A stretch of DNA of 64,000 bases from an uncultured virus (IMG/VR IMGVR_UViG_3300020049_007251) (taxonomy: Duplodnaviria > Heunggongvirae > Uroviricota > Caudoviricetes): IMG/VR virus record IMGVR_UViG_3300020049_007251; one strand, given 5' to 3'. The notes beneath the pieces are model-generated. The model did no database searches. It was not told the origin of the DNA and saw nothing but the letters and a program-made list of their open reading frames with translations. The translations under genes were made by a program, and so were the position numbers. This document shows, in pieces, positions 19,325 through 27,713 of this stretch. Within the stretch, counting starts at the first letter, position 1, and the number at the start of each line of letters is the position of its first letter.

Positions 19325-20733
19325 TATTCTTTCTCCTTTGTCGGACTCTTCCCACCACTAGGTTTCTTTGCCCCTGAAATGTTTTCCCCTTCACCCTCGT
19401 CCCCCATGTCCATTTGTGCCATCATCGGGGGTTCAGGTTCAGCCCCCTTAGCAACTTCGGTTTCCATTTGAAGAATGCCTTCCTGCTTGAGCACTTCGCA
19501 GTATTCCTGCGGGTTGAGAATTCCCTGGGAGAAAAGTGAAGAGTATCGGGCGAACTTCGAGGTCTTAACGTTTTCTTCCTGTTCAGCCGAAAGCACTCGA
19601 AGCGGTTTCCACTCCACTTTCCAGTCGTCCGGAACAAATCCCCAAACCTTCATCATAATAACTGGAACGATTAACTCCAAAACTTCCTCGGCTTTTTCCC
19701 GTTCGTTCTCGACGATAGCGTTGTAATTCTCGATGTCGTCCTCGCCGGAAGCGAAACCTTTAGCAGCTAACCCGAAGATCTTAGCCATGGGCATGCGAAC
19801 AGCAGCAGCAATTCCAATGCGAATTTGCTCAAGCATGTCGGCTAGACCTGTGAAGGTCATGGTCTTTTGTTGGTAATCGTCGTCAGCGTCAAGGGTGATA
19901 GCGTTCAAAAAGTTCTTCATGTACGTCGCCATTTGAATGCGCTTAGCCGTTTTACCTTGCGCTAACTGGGAAAGAACTTGAGAATTAAAACCTTTGATTT
20001 TCCAAATGTCGATCTTGGCTTCATCGAGGAGTTCGAAAATAACGTTGTTGTTCTTAAAGTAAGCGGAAATTTCACGGATAACGCATTCGATCTTGGACAT
20101 CCCCCAACCTTGTAAACGCTGTCTTACCAAGGAAGGAGCATTTTCTCCAACGATACGGGCGACACGGGACTGATGAACTGTTTTGGTATAATAGGAGAAC
20201 GTGGCTTTTTCCGAGGTTGGAATACCGTTCCAGGTAAGTTCCCAACGGTCAGCTGCGATTAACTCGAGGGGGGAATTGTCTTTAACCTGGTCGATGTCAA
20301 GTTTAGATGCCGGATTCTGGTTAGTGTTAATGATAATCCCAGCCCCACCAAACAAACCGTCCCAACGCATGGCTTCGATAATCTTTTTGGTGACCTTGAG
20401 TTTCTTCATTTCACGGTGAAGGTCTTCGATTTCTTCAGGCGAAACCTCGTCAGTCTTGATCTTAATGCCCCCACGGAAAGCGTCATACACAGGCTGATCC
20501 ACCAACGTGCGAAGTGGTCCATGGAGAACATACGCATACGTGAGCATGACTCTCTGGAGAGAAATGAGGTTGTAAGAGTTGTTGTTAGCAATCTCGTACG
20601 GCAAAGAAGCAGCAGCACCTCCACCCAAACCGAACGTGTCAAAAATACCCGACATCGGGTTAGTGAGTGGACCAATGGAATTGTTCTTGACTTCCTTACC
20701 TTTAAGCTTTGAATTTGTTTTCTTTGTGGCCAT
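19324..20733 (-). CDS. Portal protein (DUF1073-like)
   Basis: LFGGA, VHQSRV, GWGMS, A..MP..KIFG, D..NY motifs. Confidence 0.85.
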   Translation of the reverse strand: MATKKTNSKLKGKEVKNNSIGPLTNPMSGIFDTFGLGGGAAASLPYEIANNNSYNLISLQRVMLTYAYVLHGPLRTLVDQPVYDAFRGGIKIKTDEVSPEEIEDLHREMKKLKVTKKIIEAMRWDGLFGGAGIIINTNQNPASKLDIDQVKDNSPLELIAADRWELTWNGIPTSEKATFSYYTKTVHQSRVARIVGENAPSLVRQRLQGWGMSKIECVIREISAYFKNNNVIFELLDEAKIDIWKIKGFNSQVLSQLAQGKTAKRIQMATYMKNFLNAITLDADDDYQQKTMTFTGLADMLEQIRIGIAAAVRMPMAKIFGLAAKGFASGEDDIENYNAIVENEREKAEEVLELIVPVIMMKVWGFVPDDWKVEWKPLRVLSAEQEENVKTSKFARYSSLFSQGILNPQEYCEVLKQEGILQMETEVAKGAEPEPPMMAQMDMGDEGEGENISGAKKPSGGKSPTKEKE

Positions 20734-20735
20734 TT

Positions 20736-21278
20736 TTATTGAGCCTTCTGTATGAACCAAACCGAGGATTTATCCATAGCTTTGAAGTGCTCCCCAAAGC
20801 TTTCTTTTAACGCTCTTTGCACTCCGGGGTGAGCTTCGTCGTTGTCGTGTCCAGCCATGATTGCTCCCGGCATTAATAGTTCAAACCAATTAAAGTCTTC
20901 CATCACAGCTTCGTAGGTGTGATCCCCGTCGATGTAAATGAAATCAATGATCCCTGGAACAAAGATCTTTTGCGCTTCAACCGAGGTCATAAGCATCGGA
21001 CGAACCTTCTCGGTCAACCCCATGATGCTCATATTGCTTCGGAAAACCTCCAACACTGACCGTTCCTTCGCTTCGTTAACCATGTGAACTTCGTCCGGGG
21101 CACCTTGCCACGTGTCAACACAATACAAAAGATCAGAGTACCGAGCAATGATGCTGGAAGAAAGTCCCTTCCAAGAACCAATCTCAACGGCGCACTTGGG
21201 ACGTTTTTGCTCAACCAAAGCCTCGAGGGAAGCCATGTCGAACGAGGTCATTTGCGGATCGAAGATAATGTCACGCAT
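20736..21278 (-). CDS. Class I SAM-dependent methyltransferase (Methyltransf_24-like)
   Basis: VEIGSWKGLS, CVDTW, DFIYIDGDHTYEAV..D, GHD motifs. Confidence 0.85.
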   Translation of the reverse strand: MRDIIFDPQMTSFDMASLEALVEQKRPKCAVEIGSWKGLSSSIIARYSDLLYCVDTWQGAPDEVHMVNEAKERSVLEVFRSNMSIMGLTEKVRPMLMTSVEAQKIFVPGIIDFIYIDGDHTYEAVMEDFNWFELLMPGAIMAGHDNDEAHPGVQRALKESFGEHFKAMDKSSVWFIQKAQ

Positions 21279-21978
21279 TTGAAACCTCCTTACGAAGGGC
21301 GGCTAACAGCTTGTTGATTTCTTCATAGTTCGGACGCATGTCGAAAGGAACTTGGTTCTCCATAATGCGCTTAGAGATGTGGTCTTGCTCACGGGTTTGG
21401 TTGTGATGGCAATAATGTCGCAACGTAATGGGCAATTCAACAACCGAGTCAACTGCGTCGTAAAGGTTCTTACACCAAATGTCGGCACCCCAAGTTGGAA
21501 TGCGAGCAGGGAAAACTCCCCCCAAAGCTTCAACACCAGCACGTCCCTGGAGAGGGAAACAGCAATAGTTACCGTGACCTTTGGCTCTGAAGCCGTCAAT
21601 GCCGTCCTGGATCCAACCGTAAATAACATTGGGTTTGTCTTTGAGAACGTCGTAAGCAAGAACGTCCCAGTCAGGAGTTTCGAAAACACAGTCGTCATTT
21701 GCCGTAATAATCCAACGCCCTTTGGATTGGGATGCGAGGTAAGAGTAATAATCACGAGAGAAATTGAGGGAGCGTTCCACAACGTGCATATGAACGAAGG
21801 GTAACGGGTAGGTGTTTAGGTATTCCTGGGTAATGACATCGTCGGAATCAACGGCAATGAGAACTTCAATTTCTTTGGTGTTGCACGTGTTCTGGATGAG
21901 AGAACTGAGGAGTTGCTTGAGCAAAAAGATTCTTTCACGGGTGGGGAAAACAACGGAAAATTTGATTTGGTTGTCCAT
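21271..21978 (-). CDS. Glycosyltransferase family 2-like
   Basis: FSVVFPTRER, EVLIAVDSDD, ANDD, D.W motifs. Confidence 0.75.
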   Translation of the reverse strand: MDNQIKFSVVFPTRERIFLLKQLLSSLIQNTCNTKEIEVLIAVDSDDVITQEYLNTYPLPFVHMHVVERSLNFSRDYYSYLASQSKGRWIITANDDCVFETPDWDVLAYDVLKDKPNVIYGWIQDGIDGFRAKGHGNYCCFPLQGRAGVEALGGVFPARIPTWGADIWCKNLYDAVDSVVELPITLRHYCHHNQTREQDHISKRIMENQVPFDMRPNYEEINKLLAALRKEVSNA

Positions 21979-21980
21979 AG

Positions 21981-23183
21981 TTACATTACGTCGTAGATAC
22001 TGACGTTTCCTTTCATATACGGCTCGAGCGCATAACGAGCAGCGTCGCAAGCATGATTTGACTTATCCACAGGAATAGGTAAAACTTCATCTGTAATTCT
22101 GTCAACCTTCCAACGGTAATTTGAGAAATCACCCACGCTACCTGTACAACTTGGATGAACAATAATGGCTTCAAAGTTTTTAAGGAATTCGATTCCATCT
22201 TCTACGCTTCCTGGACCTTTCTCTGCACCGATGCAATTAAATCCTTGATTCGACATGTAAGAGATTGTGTCAGGACGGGAAGAATCCCCACGAATTGTAA
22301 ACTTACGAGAGTGTTCAACGCCATCAAAACAACGAGGCAAATCGTCAATCTCAATACCGTACCCGTAGAATTCCCGGTCAATGTATAATTTACGATCCCG
22401 AATAAACATACGAACCAAACAAGAAGGGTCAACACCAAAACCCCAATCTGCGCCAAACATGAACTGAGTGCCTTCGCCTGCTGGTTCGAATTCTTCAACC
22501 CGAAGTTTATTCTTAAAGATAACCGCTTGACCGTATTTCTTTGGTCGCCCTCCCCACACATGGTCGTATTTTTCAGGGTCGTTTTGCTTGCACCAGAGCA
22601 TTTCCCGCCGCAGCACTTCTGGGAACCATGGGTTGTCCCACCAGTTGACAAAGGCGCTGACAAGCCCTGGCTGAGAAACGGGCTTGCCGTCTTTTTCAAC
22701 GAATCTGGTGTAGGTGTCTGAGTTCTCATCTTCGGGGTTGAATGTCAGAATGATTTCTGACTTTGGCTTTCTGATTGTTGGTATTAGAGTATCCCAAGAG
22801 TCTTTTGATACCTTTTCAGCTTCTTCGACCCAGCAAATATCAACGCCTTCGGTTGACTTTATCTCGCTTATGTTTTGCCTAAGGCCTTTAAATAGGAATT
22901 CTGAACCAAATATCCCATAAATGCAGTCCCTTTGAATGTCGTAAACGTTTTGGAGCTTATGATGATATATTCGGTCGCAGAGCAAACGGTAAACTGAATC
23001 TCTTATTGAGCCTTGAATTTCTCTGGTACATAAAACCCGTCTTTTAGCATACGCGGTTCGAGTTAGCAGGTAATCCGCGACGGACCAGGACTTGGTTGAG
23101 CCTCTTCCGCCGTATAGTGCCTTGCGGTCGGCTTCTTCGTTATAGAGAACCTTTCTAACCTTGGGCGGTACTTGGATTATCAT
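21981..23183 (-). CDS. terL: Terminase large subunit (PBSX/SPP1 type)
   Basis: GGRGSTKS Walker A, WVEEAE Walker B, PTIR, FNP, GADWGF..DP, NH..DA.RYA. Confidence 0.95.
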   Translation of the reverse strand: MIIQVPPKVRKVLYNEEADRKALYGGRGSTKSWSVADYLLTRTAYAKRRVLCTREIQGSIRDSVYRLLCDRIYHHKLQNVYDIQRDCIYGIFGSEFLFKGLRQNISEIKSTEGVDICWVEEAEKVSKDSWDTLIPTIRKPKSEIILTFNPEDENSDTYTRFVEKDGKPVSQPGLVSAFVNWWDNPWFPEVLRREMLWCKQNDPEKYDHVWGGRPKKYGQAVIFKNKLRVEEFEPAGEGTQFMFGADWGFGVDPSCLVRMFIRDRKLYIDREFYGYGIEIDDLPRCFDGVEHSRKFTIRGDSSRPDTISYMSNQGFNCIGAEKGPGSVEDGIEFLKNFEAIIVHPSCTGSVGDFSNYRWKVDRITDEVLPIPVDKSNHACDAARYALEPYMKGNVSIYDVM

Positions 23184-23604
23184 TAGGCTTAGGAGCCTCT
23201 TCTCTATTAGGCTCTACCTCCTGGATCACAATTTGAGGCGGTACTAATGGCGCTCCATCTAATCCAGAAATTTCTTGTTTAGTAGGTACATTGCCAATTG
23301 ATCGCGCTAAGAGCCTATCAAAGTTATAAAGAGAACCGGATCTAATATCTGTTATCATTCCCCGTGCAATAGTGCGTTCAAGAGAAGGTACTTCGTTTGA
23401 TCGAGAAACTTTTTCTAATTCTGGAGTTGTAAGAGCTTGAAGTTTTTTAATTGTTTCAGCAATTACAAGGGCTGTAAATTTAATAAGTTCCGAATTAGGA
23501 ATTTTTCTTTTACCTTGACCTGGGTATCTATTACCCGGTTTAAATCGTGTAGCAGGTGAAGGATTTGGATTGCCTGGTTTTTTTCCGCTTAGTTTCCGTT
23601 TCAT
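23155..23604 (-). CDS. terS: Terminase small subunit
   Basis: RFKPGN N-terminus, EISG.DG.PL C-terminus; upstream of terL. Confidence 0.75.
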   Translation of the reverse strand: MKRKLSGKKPGNPNPSPATRFKPGNRYPGQGKRKIPNSELIKFTALVIAETIKKLQALTTPELEKVSRSNEVPSLERTIARGMITDIRSGSLYNFDRLLARSIGNVPTKQEISGLDGAPLVPPQIVIQEVEPNREEAPKPNDNPSTAQG

Positions 23605-23610
23605 GATTTA

Positions 23611-23619
23611 AGTATAACA
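23611..23619 (-). promoter_or_regulatory. Extended -10 promoter (TGnTATACT) 6 nt before the terS ATG
   Basis: Minus strand TGTTATACT-TAAATC-ATG; no SD. Confidence 0.45.
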
Positions 23620-23746
23620 AGAATGCGAAAAGAGTAAGAGAAATAGTTTCCCCGCAGTTGCTATGCTGGAAATGAATGCGCAAATGACTTTGGGCAAGGA
23701 TTAAAATAAAATGAGTTTTAATAATAATTATTCTCAATATTCTTAA

Positions 23747-23981
23747 TATAACTGCGTTTTGCTCAAAAAGGCTACTTAAAGCGTTGGTGCGTATAGCAAT
23801 TTGATACGATAGTTGCGCGAATAAGCCCTATCATGGCATAGTATTTTAGTTAATATCTTAATTAAAAATTAAAAATATGCTTATCAATCTAAGATAATAG
23901 TATAGCTAGTGTATGCTATCTGCGCAACTATAGGGCTTAAAGCTATATGTACCAATAGTTTACGACTAAAACGCAGTTATA
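23747..23981. repeat. Nested inverted-repeat array in divergent intergenic region
   Basis: TATAACTGCGTTTT 23747/23968 (14/14); TTGGTGCGTATAGC 23784/23942 (12/14); ATAGTTGCGC 23809/23922; TAAGCCCTAT 23822/23930. Confidence 0.85.
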
Positions 23982-24016
23982 ATCATACTATTTAGTATAA
24001 ACGTTAATAAAAAGTA

Positions 24017-24045
24017 TGTACAAAAGACTTTCTTCTCTATATAAT
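24017..24045 (+). promoter_or_regulatory. Sigma70-like early promoter
   Basis: TGTACA-17 nt-TATAAT upstream of HTH gene. Confidence 0.55.
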
Positions 24046-24069
24046 GTTTTTCAATGAAAGGAGAAACTA

Positions 24070-24306
24070 ATGTCAAATAAAATACCAAAAGAATTTGAAA
24101 AATTATTAGTAGAATGGAGAGCAACTTTAGGAATGTCTCAAGTTGAATTAGCGAATGAACTTAGAGTTTCACAGGTAACAATTTCTAAATGGGAAAACGG
24201 TAAATCAAGGGCAAGTAAAACCTTAGAATTCAGTGTATTAGAATGGGCATATGAAAAAGGGTTAATAGATAGCTCCCCTAGGGCTAACTGGAAGGAGGAG
24301 GAATGA
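24070..24306 (+). CDS. XRE/Cro-like HTH regulator
   Basis: R..LGMSQ.ELA..L.VS..TISKWENG. Confidence 0.9.
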   Translation: MSNKIPKEFEKLLVEWRATLGMSQVELANELRVSQVTISKWENGKSRASKTLEFSVLEWAYEKGLIDSSPRANWKEEE

Positions 24307-24473
24307 TGAATATTGTAGAGGCGCAGCTTGCAGTTAAGAAGGAAAGAGAGCGGCTTAAGAAGTTAAAGGCCTCAAAAGAACTTCTCTATCGACTGGAGAG
24401 AGTTGCTTCTGATCTGGGCACGGTCATAAACTGTATTAAAAGAGAAGGATTTGATCCTGAGGAAGGTGTATGA
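24303..24473 (+). CDS. Hypothetical protein, 56 aa (not in track)
   Basis: ATGA overlaps at both ends; RBS GGAGG. Confidence 0.55.
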   Translation: MMNIVEAQLAVKKERERLKKLKASKELLYRLERVASDLGTVINCIKREGFDPEEGV

Positions 24474-24895
24474 AAATTCTAATTGATACGCGCGAACAAA
24501 GGCCCCTTGAGTTTGCCTGGCCTTCGGCCAAGGCGTGTTTGCCGTTTGGGGATTATGGGTGTGAGCTTGACGATGAGAGCATGGTGCCGGTGATATTTGA
24601 GAGGAAATCGATTGCGGATTTGTTTGGGAGCCTTTCAAAGGGATATGAGCGGTTTCGGAATATGTTAAGAAAGGCGGAAGCAGATAAAGTTAAGATTATT
24701 ATTATAGTTGAAGGCAGCTTAAGCAAAGTGCTTAAAGGCTATTCAAGATCCCAAAGAACAGGAGTAAGCATTGTAAAGCAGCTTTACACAATTCGGGCGA
24801 TCTACGGCATTGAGATTGTTTTTTGCCAGAATAGGGATGAGATGACGCTATATATAGAGAAGCTCTTTGATTCTTATAGGAGGTTAAAAATATGA
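24470..24895 (+). CDS. ERCC4/XPF-family nuclease (resolvase-like)
   Basis: IDTREQ, GDY, ERKS..DL..S motifs. Confidence 0.85.
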   Translation: MKILIDTREQRPLEFAWPSAKACLPFGDYGCELDDESMVPVIFERKSIADLFGSLSKGYERFRNMLRKAEADKVKIIIIVEGSLSKVLKGYSRSQRTGVSIVKQLYTIRAIYGIEIVFCQNRDEMTLYIEKLFDSYRRLKI

Positions 24896-25062
24896 TTTAC
24901 ATTTTGTTTATAATTATTATCTCGAGCGGCGGGAACGTTACCGCGGTTCACACGCAGGAGTTTGTCGGCGGGACGGCCTGCGAGGCGGTGTCGACGCAGC
25001 TTAAGGACTACTTAAAGCGCAACGCTCCCGGGCAGCAGGCTGTTTTCTGCGTGCCTAAATGA
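24892..25062 (+). CDS. Small membrane/secreted Cys-pair protein, 56 aa (not in track)
   Basis: RBS GGAGG; MIYILFIIII... C...FCVPK. Confidence 0.5.
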   Translation: MIYILFIIIISSGGNVTAVHTQEFVGGTACEAVSTQLKDYLKRNAPGQQAVFCVPK

Positions 25063-25180
25063 AAATTGGAACTTTTTGGCCCCCTAAATTATTTTAAAAT
25101 AATACTGTTCTTTTCTGCAAAAGCATGATATATTTTAATTAACGAATGCGGAACGAAACAAACAACTAAAGGAGCTCGCA

Positions 25181-25315
25181 ATGAAACAAGTTAAAAGTTG
25201 GGTAATAACGTACGGAATTGGGCAACAAGCGTTTTTTTCAAACACAAATGATATGTGTGATTTTGTATGTAAAACAGCTTGCAGAATTATTGACATTGGT
25301 GTGGTTACTATATAA
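25181..25315 (+). CDS. Hypothetical 44 aa protein (not in track)
   Basis: RBS AAGGAG, MKQVKSWVITYG... Confidence 0.45.
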   Translation: MKQVKSWVITYGIGQQAFFSNTNDMCDFVCKTACRIIDIGVVTI

Positions 25316-25348
25316 AGAGAAACACCAACACAAAAGGCTCGCAAAGCA

Positions 25349-25591
25349 ATGGACCAGAATCAAGACAAAAATCAGATTAACAAAAGCCCTGCGGCTAAGG
25401 ACGCCTTCACTGGTGGGTTGCGAGCTACGGACAATCGGCACATGATCGCCGTCCCCGTCCGTTCCAAAGCCGCAGAGGCTTTCTCTATATTAAAAGCGTT
25501 TGGGAATGACCGTTATTGGATTAACGCAATGCTTAGTCTAGGCGATCTTCATAAACGGCATGCTTATGAGCTAAAAAGGAGACTTACATGA
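25349..25591 (+). CDS. Hypothetical protein
   Basis: Preceded by AAAGGCTCGCAA motif shared with neighbours. Confidence 0.45.
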   Translation: MDQNQDKNQINKSPAAKDAFTGGLRATDNRHMIAVPVRSKAAEAFSILKAFGNDRYWINAMLSLGDLHKRHAYELKRRLT

Positions 25592-25636
25592 AAAGCTTAT
25601 TGAAATTTATTTGTTCCCTGTTTCAACCAGACTCCG

Positions 25637-25972
25637 TTGAAGAGCAAGCCAAAGACAGAGAGATCCAATACGAAACCGAATGCTGGGGAGAAAAATAAAA
25701 TGGTATACCCTACAACAAATCCTGAACATATTCAAAACCGCATGGTAGAAGTTAATTTGTCCGAGTTCTTTTTTCACTACGAAAAAGAGAACCAAGCAAA
25801 TCTTTATCGTAGAACAAACATTCAACAAGTTGATATAACACGAGAAGAAAGAATTGAGGCGTTGGAAAAAGACGCTAGAGAGTTTGCGTTTCTTTACAGC
25901 TTAGAGGCGCAGCTTCATTTTTACCGTATCACTCCGAGAATGTTAGCGGAAGATTACATCAGTAGACAATAA
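25637..25972 (+). CDS. Hypothetical protein (true start probably the internal ATG, MVYPTT)
   Basis: GGAG before internal ATG; same-strand gene string. Confidence 0.5.
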   Translation: MKSKPKTERSNTKPNAGEKNKMVYPTTNPEHIQNRMVEVNLSEFFFHYEKENQANLYRRTNIQQVDITREERIEALEKDAREFAFLYSLEAQLHFYRITPRMLAEDYISRQ

Positions 25973-25995
25973 ACAAATAAACGAAAGGCTCGCAA

Positions 25996-26232
25996 ATGCC
26001 ACACACCGTGATCAAACCAAAACTTAAGAACGTTGTACTTGTTGCTTCACTTCCGAAATGCGACCTCTGCCATTTAGTTGGCGAAACGCACGAAGCTTGC
26101 TATGATGCCAAGCTTCCTTCCAGGGGTTACTGGGCTAACGTCTGCCGATCACATTTTGATCGGGAAGAATGCGAACTTGGAGTTGGAAAAGGACAATACC
26201 TCACCACAATCCCGGAGGTGAGCAATGTATAA
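25996..26232 (+). CDS. Small zinc-binding phage protein
   Basis: CDLC..YDAK...G.WANVC..H...LG.GKGQ. Confidence 0.65.
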   Translation: MPHTVIKPKLKNVVLVASLPKCDLCHLVGETHEACYDAKLPSRGYWANVCRSHFDREECELGVGKGQYLTTIPEVSNV

Positions 26233-26668
26233 ACCTGCCATAGTGACGTTAATAGCCGTGACGCTTAGTTCATGCACCTTGGCCTATGCTTCGGATACGC
26301 AAATCCCTGCGGATAGAGCCATTGCCGCGATAATCGGGGAAGTGTCGGGGGAAGGCGGGGCAAACCTGGAGCTAAAGTATCGGGCGATGCTGGCCTGCGC
26401 CCATGCGATACGCAATCGCGGGACTTTGAAAGGGGTATATGGGGAACATGCTCCCCACGTTAAGAAGGAGCCGGCTTGGGTGTGGAAGATGGCAAGAAGG
26501 GCTTGGGTGCAGTCGGCTTATGACAGGGCGTGCGGGAAGGATATAACCTGCGGGGCAACGCACTGGGAGAACGTTGATCGATTTGGAAAACCGTATTGGA
26601 TGAAGGATATGAAGGTAACCGTGACTATTGGGAGTCATGTCTATATGAAGAGAAAGGGGCGTGCGTAA
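26225..26668 (+). CDS. SleB/Hydrolase_2-like cell wall hydrolase with signal peptide
   Basis: IIGE..GE, A..I.NR, DIT.GATH, KPYW, TIG.H.Y; N-terminus ends TLAYA. Confidence 0.75.
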   Translation: MYKPAIVTLIAVTLSSCTLAYASDTQIPADRAIAAIIGEVSGEGGANLELKYRAMLACAHAIRNRGTLKGVYGEHAPHVKKEPAWVWKMARRAWVQSAYDRACGKDITCGATHWENVDRFGKPYWMKDMKVTVTIGSHVYMKRKGRA

Positions 26669-26859
26669 TGACTAAGAAAGCTAAGTATGGAAGTATAACG
26701 GCCTTAATGAAGGCTTTACTAAAGACGGAGGCAAAGAATAGCTATGAGAAAACGCTGAAAGAAGTTAAAAGTTTTTTCCCAGAAAGTAAATTCAACGAGC
26801 GGCATTTCTCGTGGTATAAGAGCGCATTTAAACGTGGGGCTTTGAAAGGGATAAGATGA
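26668..26859 (+). CDS. Small basic DNA-binding-like protein
   Basis: TAATG overlap start; HFSWYKSAFKRGALKG. Confidence 0.55.
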   Translation: MTKKAKYGSITALMKALLKTEAKNSYEKTLKEVKSFFPESKFNERHFSWYKSAFKRGALKGIR

Positions 26860-27254
26860 TGGAAAGACAAGAAAGTAAAATGATTAAAGGTAAGACTTGG
26901 GTCCCTGTGATTGGGCAAGATAGGTTAGGCCAAATGTATGAGGATCAATTAAAGTTTGCTAGGCAGTTTGGCTTGACGCCAAACATGCCGCCTGCGGAAG
27001 TAAATCGATGGCTTAAGGAGTTAAGCTTATGCGCGATTATGGAGAATGCGGAATTGATTGAGGAACTTAATTGGAAACACTGGAAGAAAACAACCAAACC
27101 GCTGGACCTTGAAGCTGCGCGCATGGAAGTTATTGATGACCTCAAGTTTCTTATGAGCAAGGCAATTGCGTTAAGTATGACGCCTGAGAACATATATCAG
27201 TACTTTTCCAGGAAAGGGGAGATTAATGAAGAACGACAAAAAAGCGGCTATTAA
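26856..27254 (+). CDS. Dimeric (all-alpha) dUTPase/dCTPase-like NTP pyrophosphatase
   Basis: E..EL.EELNWKHWK ... E.ID..KF, K..IN..RQ..GY. Confidence 0.8.
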   Translation: MMERQESKMIKGKTWVPVIGQDRLGQMYEDQLKFARQFGLTPNMPPAEVNRWLKELSLCAIMENAELIEELNWKHWKKTTKPLDLEAARMEVIDDLKFLMSKAIALSMTPENIYQYFSRKGEINEERQKSGY

Positions 27255-27396
27255 AGCCGAGCGCATGTCTAGCCAGTATAAGAAAGTGCTTGCTGATAAG
27301 CTTATGCAAGTGTTATATGAAGATGGATTAAGTAAAATACAAATGCGCAGAGTATTTAGCTATGCGTACCAAAGCCTAAGGGGGAAATCAAGATGA
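27226..27396 (+). CDS. Hypothetical 56 aa protein (not in track)
   Basis: RBS GGGGAG; ATGA overlap with next gene. Confidence 0.45.
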   Translation: MKNDKKAAIKAERMSSQYKKVLADKLMQVLYEDGLSKIQMRRVFSYAYQSLRGKSR

Positions 27397-27713
27397 GTAT
27401 GGTAGAAAGAGATAATAGTCTTAAAGACTTTTTTATTGAATGTCTTGCAATTCTAGAAAAAAAAGGTGCGGATTATAATCCAGAAGGCGTGCCGTTTTCT
27501 GAAATAAAAGCAACTGCAGCTAAGCTTGGCATTAAGCCTGAGCAAGTGCTGACAGTGTACATGGATAAGCATTGGAATGCAATTATGAGCCATGCAAAAA
27601 AGGGACAGCTGGAGTCTGAGCCTATACGTGAAAGGCTTAAAGATTTGGCTAATTACTGCGCTTTGTATGCAGTTATGATAGGTGAAGGAACCAACATGAC
27701 GGAGGCTTCATGA
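27393..27713 (+). CDS. Nucleotide-modification-associated domain protein (DUF1599/MazG-like)
   Basis: L.KKG.DY ... K ... E....R..D.ANY. Confidence 0.65.
   Translation: MSMVERDNSLKDFFIECLAILEKKGADYNPEGVPFSEIKATAAKLGIKPEQVLTVYMDKHWNAIMSHAKKGQLESEPIRERLKDLANYCALYAVMIGEGTNMTEAS

Noticed and set aside
19324..20733. Anti-CBASS Acb1 fusion sometimes linked to this portal family
   Set aside because: No additional phosphodiesterase domain; the protein ends in a short acidic/basic tail.
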